A stretch of 57,902 nucleotides of DNA from an uncultured bacterium (lineage in GTDB: Bacteria > Abyssobacteria > SURF-5). The stretch covers positions 1-57,902 of the forward strand of contig CAZEBC010000002.1 in NCBI GenBank assembly GCA_964510165.1, written 5' to 3'. Numbering within the stretch: the first letter of the stretch is position 1; every line of letters begins with the position of its first letter. Under the pieces are notes generated by a model. That model was not told the origin of the DNA. It ran no database searches and saw only the letters and a program-made list of their open reading frames with translations. Shown in pieces: positions 44,194 through 52,900 of the stretch. The translations under genes were made by a program, and so were the position numbers.

Positions 44194-44742
44194 TTGAAAC
44201 TGGCTGCTTTCCTGTTGCTTATGGTGCTTGTTTTCGGGGGCGTTTCCGCCTATGTTCTCCACCAGAAAGGGTTGCTGAAGCGTGAGACCGTCGGGCTTTT
44301 TCTTGAGAGGAAGCCCGTGGAAGAAAAACCGCCGCCTGAACCCATCGGGCTTGCGGCCTCCGTCAGGGCGAAGGAATTGAAACTGAAGGAGGAGGCCGAA
44401 CAAGTGCGGCAGATGCAGGAGAGGATCGAGATACAGCGGCAAGAACTCGATGCCCAGAGGACTCTTATCGAGAAAAAGCTTCAAGAGCTTGCTCCGGTCT
44501 CGGCGGAAGGCCAGCCGCTGCCAGCCGAGGAGTTCGAGAAGCTCGTGAAAATGTATGAGGCCATGCCGCCGGAAGAGGCCGCTCCCATTCTCGATAACCT
44601 CCCTGATACGACGGTGGCCCAGATCTTGCTCGAGATGCGCGGAAGGCAAGCATCCCAAATACTGGCCGAGCTGAATACCGACAAGGCAGCTCGGATCAGC
44701 CGATTGCTTGCTCCTGAAGAAGCGACAATGGCGTTGCCGTAG
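44194..44742 (+). CDS. MotE / YlxF-like flagellar protein (MgtE-N-like domain)
   Basis: It has an N-terminal TM helix, a coiled coil, then PPEEAAPILDNLPDTTVAQILLEMRGRQASQILAEL. Its position is the same as ylxF in the Bacillus fla/che operon. Confidence 0.65.
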   Translation: MKLAAFLLLMVLVFGGVSAYVLHQKGLLKRETVGLFLERKPVEEKPPPEPIGLAASVRAKELKLKEEAEQVRQMQERIEIQRQELDAQRTLIEKKLQELAPVSAEGQPLPAEEFEKLVKMYEAMPPEEAAPILDNLPDTTVAQILLEMRGRQASQILAELNTDKAARISRLLAPEEATMALP

Positions 44743-44763
44743 ACGAACGAAGGAGATGTTTGG

Positions 44764-46053
44764 TTGAATGCTCCCGGCTTAATAGCAGGCAAAATCGCCG
44801 TCATGCAAACGGCACAGGCGAAAGGTTTTTTGAACCTCGTCCCTGATGGGAAACCTCTCGCTGAGGCGGACGGCCGCTTTGAACAGACCCTCAAGCAAGC
44901 TGTTCGGAAGATGCTGCCTTCGCCGAACGATGAAGGCACTGAAGTTTTCCGGAAAGTAGATGATGAAACCTTGGGCCTCGCGGATTCCGTTGTCGCACAA
45001 ATCTCCTCCGTTTCCCTCATGAACGAAGAAGCGGAGGCATCACTCAGTCTTGTGCCTCCACACGCGCTCTATCAGCAAGCGCAACGTGTCCAAGCTTACG
45101 AACTGATGGGGGACTTGAATGGGTTGGCGGCGCTATTCCATGAACTGAACTCGTCAGGCCTTCCCTCGGAGCAAGTGATTTCAAGAGACATGACGGAAGT
45201 GCTCCAGGACTTTCCGAAACACCTAGAGCACATGTTCACTGAATGGGGCATTGTGGACAAGGCCGGTGTTATTGTTGCCTCGAGACCTTACCCCGCCATC
45301 CAGGAACTCTCGACCATGCAAGAGGACGCTCATACCGGAGAGTTTATTTCCATCGCGAATGTAATGGACTCAAATGAATGCGTTCCTCCCGCCCCCCCCG
45401 GCCATGCAGTGGACGAGAATGAATCACTTTTCGCACTAAATCGCCTGGGAATCAACTTCGAGCATGTCAAAGAAATGGTATCCGAGAACACGCTTCCGGC
45501 AGAGATTACTCATCTCACGGGCCGGCAAGAGCATCTCCAGGGGATGAAGGCGGCGCTTTCTTCCGGCCTTGAAAGCGTGTTTCAGCGAATTCAGGCCGAA
45601 ACCGTCCAGGTCACGCTTCCGACGCATGCGACCGCCAGTATCGAGGCGGGATATGAAGTCCTGCTTGACAAGGTTGTACAGAGCGTACACATGGCAAAGG
45701 ACGGCGGGATCACCGAGTTGCATGTGCGCTTGAAGCCCGAATTCCTCGGCAGGATGACCATACGGGTTATCGCCGACGACCACGGGATGCGCATCGAAAT
45801 AAGGGCCGAAAGCGAGACGGTGAGACAACTCATGAATGACAACCTGCCAACCTTGCAGCACAGGTTGGCCGAAAAGGGCATGGCATTCAGCGACCTCAGC
45901 ATCTTGGCGGATACGGGGTGGGCATCACGCAGGGAGCCCGAGCAGCCGCTCGAACGCCGACGCGCCCACATGATGCCGGAACAGGAACTCATTGAGGCGG
46001 CGATTGAGGTCGCTCCTTCAATTATTACAAGCACGATAGATTATCTTGCCTGA
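44764..46053 (+). CDS. fliK: flagellar hook-length control protein FliK
   Basis: The C-terminal Flg_hook domain pattern is LHVRLKPEFLGRMTIRVIADDHGMRIEIRAESETVRQLMNDNLPTLQHRLAEKG. The N-terminal region is divergent. The start is TTG. Confidence 0.8.
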   Translation: MNAPGLIAGKIAVMQTAQAKGFLNLVPDGKPLAEADGRFEQTLKQAVRKMLPSPNDEGTEVFRKVDDETLGLADSVVAQISSVSLMNEEAEASLSLVPPHALYQQAQRVQAYELMGDLNGLAALFHELNSSGLPSEQVISRDMTEVLQDFPKHLEHMFTEWGIVDKAGVIVASRPYPAIQELSTMQEDAHTGEFISIANVMDSNECVPPAPPGHAVDENESLFALNRLGINFEHVKEMVSENTLPAEITHLTGRQEHLQGMKAALSSGLESVFQRIQAETVQVTLPTHATASIEAGYEVLLDKVVQSVHMAKDGGITELHVRLKPEFLGRMTIRVIADDHGMRIEIRAESETVRQLMNDNLPTLQHRLAEKGMAFSDLSILADTGWASRREPEQPLERRRAHMMPEQELIEAAIEVAPSIITSTIDYLA

Positions 46054-46070
46054 TGAAGGGAGGTGAAAAC

Positions 46071-46487
46071 ATGATCGATCCCGCGCAAAGCGCCAATCCG
46101 GTGGTGAGCGCGCCCGCTCAGACTGGCGAAACCACGTATTCGCTCGTCAGCGGAAACACCGAGCTTGACGAATCCGATTTTCTCATGCTCCTCATCACTG
46201 AACTGGCAAATCAGGACCCGCTGGACCCGCTTGCCGACCGCGACTTCATCGCTCAGATGGCTCAACTCAACACCCTCAACCAGACGGTGGAGTTGAACGA
46301 GAACGTGCAGACGATGCAATGGCTGCAAGCCGCGTCGTTGGTCGGGCATGAAGTGGAAGCCATCGGACCGTATGGTGAAAGCATTGAAGGAGTTGTCAGC
46401 GAAGTCTGGTTCATAGACTCACAGCCATATCTCGTTATTGATGACGAGACGGTCGTGAGTCTGGACTATGTCGTCACGATCAAGTAG
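46071..46487 (+). CDS. flgD: flagellar hook assembly/capping protein FlgD
   Basis: The matching segment is DFLMLLITELANQDPLDPL...FIAQMAQLNTL. ATG 46071 is preferred because GGGAGGTG lies 5 nt upstream. The track ORF starts at 46053. Confidence 0.88.
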   Translation: MIDPAQSANPVVSAPAQTGETTYSLVSGNTELDESDFLMLLITELANQDPLDPLADRDFIAQMAQLNTLNQTVELNENVQTMQWLQAASLVGHEVEAIGPYGESIEGVVSEVWFIDSQPYLVIDDETVVSLDYVVTIK

Positions 46488-46498
46488 GAAGGCCTGTC

Positions 46499-46891
46499 AT
46501 GATCAACAAGGTGAGCGTCAACGAGGGACAACCGATACGGCAGGTTCAACAAAGCCAGGGCGTCCCGGGCACCACGCGAGCCGCAGAACCGTTCGAGGCC
46601 GTGATACGGCGAGAGATCGAGAAGTTGAGCGGCCTGAAGTTCTCGGCTCATGCGCTCCAGAGGCTCGATGCCCGCAACATCAGGCTTACGACGGCGGACC
46701 GCGAAAGAATCGCCGAGGCCGTCAGCCGGGCTCAGGCCAAGGGCGCAAAAGATTCGCTCGTCCTGATGCGCGGCGCCGCCCTTGTGGTAAGTGTGAAGAA
46801 CCAGACAGTTGTCACGGTTCTCGACCGCGAGGAGATGCGAGACACCGTATTCACCAACATCGACAGCGCCGTAGTCATGGATGGAGTGTAG
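46499..46891 (+). CDS. small flagellar-operon protein of the type found between flgD and flgE in Firmicutes-style operons
   Basis: 130 aa. FSAHALQRLDARNI ... KGAKDSLVLM ... VVSVKNQTVVTVLD ... VFTNIDSAVVM resembles, from memory, the 'flagellar operon protein' family. This has not been verified by a search. Confidence 0.55.
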   Translation: MINKVSVNEGQPIRQVQQSQGVPGTTRAAEPFEAVIRREIEKLSGLKFSAHALQRLDARNIRLTTADRERIAEAVSRAQAKGAKDSLVLMRGAALVVSVKNQTVVTVLDREEMRDTVFTNIDSAVVMDGV

Positions 46892-47015
46892 ACAATGGAT
46901 GAAGGATTCCTGATCGAGGTTGGGTCGAACCCTCGGCTGGCCGGTCCCTACGGGGAGGCCTGATGCCGCCGATCGAACGACGCGGCATTCGGGAGCATGA
47001 GTCAAGGAGCGTTAC

Positions 47016-48674
47016 ATGGGACTCAGTACTGCACTATTCAACGGGATCAGCGCGCTTAGCTCGCTGTCACAATCGCTCAACGTCATCGGCAACAACCTTG
47101 CCAATATCAACACGATTGGGTTTAAGGCGAGCACCGCGCTGTTCGAGACGGTTTTCAGCCAGACACTCACCGGAGCGACCGGTCCGAACGGCAGTCTTTT
47201 CGGAACCAATCCGATCCAGGTGGGTCTCGGAGTCACCCTTTCAACAATCAACAGGAATTTCTTGCAAGGAAGCCTGAATGCCACCGGCAACCTGTCGGAC
47301 ATGGCGATACAGGGCAACGGTTTCTTCATCCTCAGCGACGGTAACAGCAGGTCGTTCACTCGCGACGGCTCGTTCGGCGTTGCGGTTGACGGCACGTTGG
47401 TCGATCCCGCGACCGGTCTGAGGGTGCAGGGATACCAGGCAGTTAATGGAGTGGTCGTTCCGTCAGGCTCCGTGGGAGATATCCAGATTCCCTTGGGCGA
47501 ATCCATTGTCCAAGAAACCTCCAACGCCATCTTCTCAGGGAACTTCGATGCAGCCGGAGACTTTGCCACGACAGGCACTGTGACCGACGGCCCCGCAATG
47601 CTCGATTCAACCTCGGGCCTCGCGGCGACGGGCACAACGCTTCTGGTCAACCTGCAGGACGGCTCAGGCACAAGCCTCGGGCTGGTCAGTGGCGACATTA
47701 TCACAATCACGGGTCGCTCCGGCGGGTCCGACATAACGGTGACATATTCGGTCACCGCCGCCTCGACCCTCGACGACCTGGCAAGCGCGATCGAGGCCGG
47801 GTTCGGAATTGTGGATGGCAGCGTCGCAATTGATGCAGACGGTTCGATCACGATAACCGGTGACCCCGGCGAAGGCAACGCTATCACCGACGTGATCATG
47901 ACAGCCGCCGATTCCACCGGAACCGCGCGCACAGACTTTAATAATATCTACAATCCCGGAGGGGCATCGGGATTTACGGAATTAGTCGCGGCCGATGGCG
48001 AAAGCTTCGTGCTTTCCGGCCTGAACGTGTTCGATTCGCTCGGAAACGCAGTTCCATTGACGATTACGTTCACCTACACAGGTCCAAACACACTGCGATA
48101 CGTGGCGGAGAGTCCGTTTGGGACCGTGGTCGGGTCGGGTACCATAACGTACGACAACAACGGGCAGTTTGTGAGCGTTGACAACGACCTTATCGCCATA
48201 GACCGCTCGGGCATCGGCGCAACCACACCGCTGGATATCACGCTCGATTTCAGCAACACCACCCTTTTGAGCGGTGATAACACTCTTGCCATGTCAAACC
48301 AGGACGGATTCCCGATTGGCGCCATAGAAGGGTTCTCGGTCGGAAACGATGGCGTGATCACAGGGATGTTTTCCAATGGGATGACCCGCACGCTTGGACA
48401 GGTGGCCCTCGCAACGTTCGCCAATCCGGGAGGATTGGTCGCCATTGGCGAAAACCAGTTCATCACCTCGGCCAATTGCGGAGAGGCCATGATCGGAGCG
48501 CCCGGCACGGGAGGCAGAGGCATAGTGGTCGGCGGATTCCTTGAGGGGTCCAACGTGGACATCGCGACGGAATTCACGAATATCATTCTGGCTCAGCGCG
48601 GTTTCCAGGCCAATGCGCGCACCATAACGGCAGCCGATGCGCTGCTTGAGGAGGTAATTTCACTGGTGAGATAA
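47016..48674 (+). CDS. flgE: flagellar hook protein FlgE
   Basis: The N-terminus is GLSTALFNGISALSSLSQSLNVIGNNLANINTIGFK. The C-terminus is GSNVDIATEFTNIILAQRGFQANARTITAADALLEE. Confidence 0.93.
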   Translation: MGLSTALFNGISALSSLSQSLNVIGNNLANINTIGFKASTALFETVFSQTLTGATGPNGSLFGTNPIQVGLGVTLSTINRNFLQGSLNATGNLSDMAIQGNGFFILSDGNSRSFTRDGSFGVAVDGTLVDPATGLRVQGYQAVNGVVVPSGSVGDIQIPLGESIVQETSNAIFSGNFDAAGDFATTGTVTDGPAMLDSTSGLAATGTTLLVNLQDGSGTSLGLVSGDIITITGRSGGSDITVTYSVTAASTLDDLASAIEAGFGIVDGSVAIDADGSITITGDPGEGNAITDVIMTAADSTGTARTDFNNIYNPGGASGFTELVAADGESFVLSGLNVFDSLGNAVPLTITFTYTGPNTLRYVAESPFGTVVGSGTITYDNNGQFVSVDNDLIAIDRSGIGATTPLDITLDFSNTTLLSGDNTLAMSNQDGFPIGAIEGFSVGNDGVITGMFSNGMTRTLGQVALATFANPGGLVAIGENQFITSANCGEAMIGAPGTGGRGIVVGGFLEGSNVDIATEFTNIILAQRGFQANARTITAADALLEEVISLVR

Positions 48675-48763
48675 TTCTCTCGGTCAGTCTTGTCCAGCCC
48701 GGAGAGAGTGGGGGAGTGGCGTGCTTCTCTCCCACATCAATTGAAGTAACATCAGGTATCGCC

Positions 48764-48994
48764 ATGATCAAACTCACTCGTTTTGATGGCTCGGAGGTCG
48801 CCGTAAACGCCGAACTGATCAAGTTCGTCGAATCGGCCCCCGACACCATCGTGACGTTGACAACCGATCAAAAACTCCTTGTGCTGGAAACCGTCGATGA
48901 GGTCATTGAAAAGGTTCTCCAATACAAGAGGCTTGCGTACGGCAGACTACCGAGCAAGCTGGATCGGAGAGAAGAAGATACTGTAGAGCCTTGA
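48764..48994 (+). CDS. flbD: flagellar protein FlbD
   Basis: The matching segment is MIKLTRFDGSEVAVNAELIKFVESAPDTIVTLTTDQKLLVLETVDEV. ATG 48764 is chosen inside the longer track ORF. Confidence 0.85.
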   Translation: MIKLTRFDGSEVAVNAELIKFVESAPDTIVTLTTDQKLLVLETVDEVIEKVLQYKRLAYGRLPSKLDRREEDTVEP

Positions 48995-49042
48995 TATCTG
49001 GTCCGCCTCGTGAGAGGCGGACCGCGACAGGAGAAGCAGCTT

Positions 49043-49828
49043 GTGGATGTTGCAACCGTTGTTGGCATAGTCTCTGGATTGTCATTCGTATTCATCTCGA
49101 TGACCTTGGGAGGCGCGGGAATAGGCATATATATTCATGTGCCTTCACTCATGATCACGGTTGGCGGTACAATCGCGGCGACATTGATTAATTACCCGCT
49201 GCACCAGATACAAGGGGTCTTGGGCACCGTGGGTAATGCGTTCCGGTTCGAACAGCAAACGCCCGGCTCCATGATCGAAACTCTCGTCTCGTATGCCAGC
49301 AAGGCCCGGCGCGAGGGCATATTGACGCTGGAATCGGAGCTTGAATCGGTCGACGACCCGTTCCTCGTCAGGGGGGTTCGTCTTGCCATAGACGGGACTG
49401 CTCCGGAGCTCATAAAGGACATCCTCACAACCGAGTTGTCCTACGTGGAGACACGACATTCCCTCGGCCAGGGCATCTTCACAATGATGGGCACGTATGC
49501 GCCCGCATTTGGCATGATTGGTACTCTGATTGGTCTCATCAGCATGCTTCGCACGATCGAGGACCCCTCCCAGATCGGACAGGGGATGGCAACGGCTCTC
49601 ATTACCACTTTTTATGGCGCCATAATGGCCAACCTTATCTTTCTTCCCATTGCGGGCAAACTGAAGACTAGGACCCAAAGCGAGATTCTGGTGAAAGAAG
49701 TGATTATCGAGGGCATACTTTCCATTCAGTCGGGCGATAACCCGAGAATCGTCGAACAGAAACTCAAGGCATTCATCTCGCCCAAGCTCAGAGAGCAAGT
49801 GAAAAGCGCTCTGAAACCGGTTTCGTGA
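49043..49828 (+). CDS. motA: flagellar stator protein MotA
   Basis: Four TM helices are present, with ALITTFYGAIMANLIFLPIAGKL. GTG 49043 is chosen because AGGAG lies 9 nt upstream. The track ORF starts at 49010. Confidence 0.9.
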   Translation: MDVATVVGIVSGLSFVFISMTLGGAGIGIYIHVPSLMITVGGTIAATLINYPLHQIQGVLGTVGNAFRFEQQTPGSMIETLVSYASKARREGILTLESELESVDDPFLVRGVRLAIDGTAPELIKDILTTELSYVETRHSLGQGIFTMMGTYAPAFGMIGTLIGLISMLRTIEDPSQIGQGMATALITTFYGAIMANLIFLPIAGKLKTRTQSEILVKEVIIEGILSIQSGDNPRIVEQKLKAFISPKLREQVKSALKPVS

Positions 49829-49844
49829 TCCCGGAGACATCGGA

Positions 49845-50567
49845 TTGAGCAAGTACGGCAACAACAACGGGAAAAACAACGACGACATAGGGCTGCCCAC
49901 CGCTCCTGGTTGGATGGTGACTTATGGCGACATCATGTCGCTCCTTCTCACATTCTTTGTCTTGCTCCTTTCCTACTCCACCATCAAGGAAGAGGCATTC
50001 CGACGCGCGCTTGCCTCCTTCCAGGAAGCCATCGGTATGCTGCCGCACGAACAAAGCGTGATCCGGTTTGAACAGGTTCCTGCCGTGAAGATGATGCCTC
50101 CCATCTCAACCAAGGATATCGTTAAGAGAATCCACCGCTCAGTCCAGGCGGCCGGCCTCACCGGGAAGGTGGACATCGCCGAGGAGAAGGAGGGAGTCAG
50201 AATAACGATCCAAAGCCCCATATTATTCAATTCGGGCGAGGACATGCTGCGCCCCGAGGCGACCCCCGTGCTCGATGAGCTGGTGGAGATACTCAAGCAG
50301 AGTCCCAATCAGGTTGTGATCGAGGGGCATACTGACAATGTTCCAATTCATACGGAACGGTTTCCGTCAAACTGGGAATTGTCAACCGCACGGGCGATAA
50401 CCGTGGCGAAGTATCTCTTTGAGAAAGGCAACCTTCCCCCCGGAAGGTTCACCGTTGCGGGTTACGGCGAATATCATCCTGTCGCTGGCAACGACACCGA
50501 GGAGGGCCGGCGGAAAAATCGCCGTGTTGCCATTTTCCTCAAGCATGTCGAAGAGACGGACACGTGA
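49845..50567 (+). CDS. motB: flagellar stator protein MotB (OmpA-like C-terminus)
   Basis: The plug and TM region with the conserved Asp is WMVTYGDIMSLLLTFFVLL. The OmpA-like segment is IEGHTDNVPI...SNWELSTARA. The start is TTG. Confidence 0.9.
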   Translation: MSKYGNNNGKNNDDIGLPTAPGWMVTYGDIMSLLLTFFVLLLSYSTIKEEAFRRALASFQEAIGMLPHEQSVIRFEQVPAVKMMPPISTKDIVKRIHRSVQAAGLTGKVDIAEEKEGVRITIQSPILFNSGEDMLRPEATPVLDELVEILKQSPNQVVIEGHTDNVPIHTERFPSNWELSTARAITVAKYLFEKGNLPPGRFTVAGYGEYHPVAGNDTEEGRRKNRRVAIFLKHVEETDT

Positions 50568-50588
50568 AGCAAGGGAGGTTAACACTCA

Positions 50589-51122
50589 ATGGGTGAGCGA
50601 GAATCAGTAGAACGGCCAGGCGCGAAAGAGAATGTGGCGCTTGCCGCGCAGCCCAAACAATCGGTCTTCAGTCTGAAAAACATTGCCATCCTGATCATTG
50701 GGGTGACGGCTTCCTCGCTGTTCGCCGTCTTCACCGTCGGCGGCTATCTGGCGCCGACCCTCGAACAGCGCAGAAGCGAACAAAGCCGCGCTTCATCCAG
50801 TGTCGCTTCGGAACTGGAGAGCCTTTCCTTCGTCAGTATCGAACCCCTGATAGTGAACCCGGCCAATTCAAATGGCGAGCGCTATCTCAAGGCGACCGTC
50901 AGCCTCGAGACTCATGACCCGAAGGTCGTCGAAGAACTCAACAAGAGGCTTCCCCAGATAAAGAACCAGATAAACACTGTCCTCAGCTCCAAGACAATCG
51001 AACAACTGCAAACCAACGAGGACCGCGAGCGGTTGCGCCGCGAAATCCAGAATCGCGTCAACGGCCTGCTGCTCACGGGGAGCATCTCAAACGTGTATTT
51101 CGAGGAGTTTGTGTGTCAATGA
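50589..51122 (+). CDS. fliL: flagellar basal body-associated protein FliL
   Basis: One TM helix is present. The FliL-typical segment is FVSIEPLIVNPANSNGERYLKATVSLE...LRREIQNRVN. Confidence 0.85.
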   Translation: MGERESVERPGAKENVALAAQPKQSVFSLKNIAILIIGVTASSLFAVFTVGGYLAPTLEQRRSEQSRASSSVASELESLSFVSIEPLIVNPANSNGERYLKATVSLETHDPKVVEELNKRLPQIKNQINTVLSSKTIEQLQTNEDRERLRREIQNRVNGLLLTGSISNVYFEEFVCQ

Positions 51123-51502
51123 CCGGCGAACAGCACAAGCCCGGCCACCCAGAGACCGGGCACATCATCGACGCCGCCGCCCGGAAGCGGCCCCGCGTTC
51201 GCAGTCCCGAGGCCGACAGGAAAAGAAGCCCGTCGGGACTGGAGTTTCTCGCGGACGTTCCGCTCAAGGTCTCAATCGTGCTTGCCCACGCTGTGATGCC
51301 GCTTGGCGAGATACTCGCGCTCGGCACTGACTCGGTCGTTCAACTTGACAGGCCCTCGGGCGACCCCGTCGACATATACGTCGGAAATCAGAGGCTCGGA
51401 AAGGGAGAAGTGATCGTGCTCCAGGAAAAGCTCCGAATCCGAATCCTCGAGATAAGCGCGCCCTTAATCGGCTCGATTTCCGAAAGCTCGGAGGAAGAAT
51501 GA
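51119..51502 (+). CDS. fliN: flagellar motor switch protein FliN (SpoA domain)
   Basis: The matching segment is LEFLADVPLKVSIVLAHAVMPLGEILALGTDSVVQLDRPSGDPVDIYVGNQRLGKGEVIV. ATG 51119 forms an ATGA overlap with the fliL stop. Confidence 0.88.
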   Translation: MTGEQHKPGHPETGHIIDAAARKRPRVRSPEADRKRSPSGLEFLADVPLKVSIVLAHAVMPLGEILALGTDSVVQLDRPSGDPVDIYVGNQRLGKGEVIVLQEKLRIRILEISAPLIGSISESSEEE

Positions 51503-52140
51503 AAAAACCTTTGGCAGTGACATTGCTCATCTGCCTGCTCCTGCTTTCCTTGACCCACTCCGCCGGTGGTGACAATAATTCCGCTCCTGCCTCCAACTCC
51601 CCGGTCGCAAGCTCCGATGACAGGGGCGCCGGATACCTGCCCTATTCGGAGCCCGAACCGATGGGGGCTGGCGGGTTGTTCGGCGCAATCGTAAGGACGA
51701 TATTTTCCCTCGCCGTTGCCATTGCCCTTCTTTACGCCACGCTCTGGCTGATAAAGAAATTCACGGGCGTCACCACAGGACCGTTTTCAGAAAGCTCCCT
51801 GCGCATCGTCGGTCGGATTTATCTTAGTCCGAAGGCTATGGTGTATTTCCTCAGGATTGTCGATCAATTGCTCGTCATAGGCGTTAATGCGGGAGCGATT
51901 TCTCTCCTGACCACAATCAAAGACGAAAGCCGAATCGCCCAGATTGAAGAGGCGCTCAGGGGGTCTCATGCTACGGGCGGAAACCTCCCGTTCTCTCGAT
52001 TCTTCGACAAATCGCTGAGCAAGTTCCAAAGCGGTCTCGAAAAGGGAGATAGCGGGTTTGATGAGCAGTTGCGCGGGATTGATGAGCAGATAAGCCGTCT
52101 TAAAAGCATGGCCCGGAAAAGGCGCGGGGATGAAGATTAG
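51499..52140 (+). CDS. fliO: flagellar biosynthesis protein FliO/FliZ-like
   Basis: It has a signal-like N-terminus, the TM helix [18 protein letters not shown], then [29 protein letters not shown]. It has an ATGA overlap with fliN. Confidence 0.7.
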   Translation: MKKPLAVTLLICLLLLSLTHSAGGDNNSAPASNSPVASSDDRGAGYLPYSEPEPMGAGGLFGAIVRTIFSLAVAIALLYATLWLIKKFTGVTTGPFSESSLRIVGRIYLSPKAMVYFLRIVDQLLVIGVNAGAISLLTTIKDESRIAQIEEALRGSHATGGNLPFSRFFDKSLSKFQSGLEKGDSGFDEQLRGIDEQISRLKSMARKRRGDED

Positions 52141-52897
52141 AATTCGGTGGCAAGGCGTCGCCCTGGCGGGAGCGCTTCTATTAGTGTTGGGCGGCGTTGC
52201 GCTCGCTCAACAACAGCCGATCCCCGTTCCCCGCGTCGGCATCGAGGTCGGCGGAGCCCAGAATCCGCAACAAGTATCGACGACGCTCCAACTGCTCTTC
52301 CTGCTCACGATCCTCTCGCTCGCCCCAGCCATCCTCATCATGGTCACATCGTTTACGCGAATCGTGGTGGTGCTCGGCCTTCTCAGGCAGGCCTTGGGCA
52401 CCCAACAGATGCCGCCCAACCAGGTGCTCGTGGGACTGGCTTTGTTCCTCACCTTTTTCGTGATGGCGCCAACCTATAACGAAGTCAACCAGCAGGCGCT
52501 CAGGCCCTATCTCGACAAGAGAATCGGGCATGAGGAAGCGTTCAACCGCGCCCTGGTGCCCGTCCGCAAATTCATGTTCGCGCAGACGCGGGAGAAGGAC
52601 CTGGGCTTATTTGTGCATCTCTCGAAAATTCCCGCTCCTCGAAACTCCGATGACGTGCCCACCTATGTTCTCATCCCGGCCTTTATGATCAGCGAACTGA
52701 AGACCGCGTTCCAGATCGGGTTCCTCATCTTCATCCCGTTCCTCATCATCGACATGGTCATCGCCAGCGCCCTCATGTCGATGGGCATGCTCATGCTGCC
52801 GCCAATCTTCATATCGCTGCCGTTCAAGGTGATCCTCTTCGTCCTCGCCGACGGATGGTTCCTCGTCGTCGGCTCGCTGGTGAGGAGCTTCGGCTAA
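52130..52897 (+). CDS. fliP: flagellar export gate protein FliP
   Basis: The matching segment is [46 protein letters not shown]...[14 protein letters not shown]. Confidence 0.93.
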   Translation: MKIRIRWQGVALAGALLLVLGGVALAQQQPIPVPRVGIEVGGAQNPQQVSTTLQLLFLLTILSLAPAILIMVTSFTRIVVVLGLLRQALGTQQMPPNQVLVGLALFLTFFVMAPTYNEVNQQALRPYLDKRIGHEEAFNRALVPVRKFMFAQTREKDLGLFVHLSKIPAPRNSDDVPTYVLIPAFMISELKTAFQIGFLIFIPFLIIDMVIASALMSMGMLMLPPIFISLPFKVILFVLADGWFLVVGSLVRSFG

Positions 52898-52900
52898 TCG

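Noticed and set aside
46905-46925. GGTTGGGTCGAACCC, reminiscent of a tRNA T-arm (GGTTCGAATCC-like).
   Set aside because: No acceptor stem, D-arm or anticodon arm can be built from the flanking sequence. I interpret it as a simple hairpin in the flgE leader. No tRNA, rRNA or tmRNA was found anywhere in the window.
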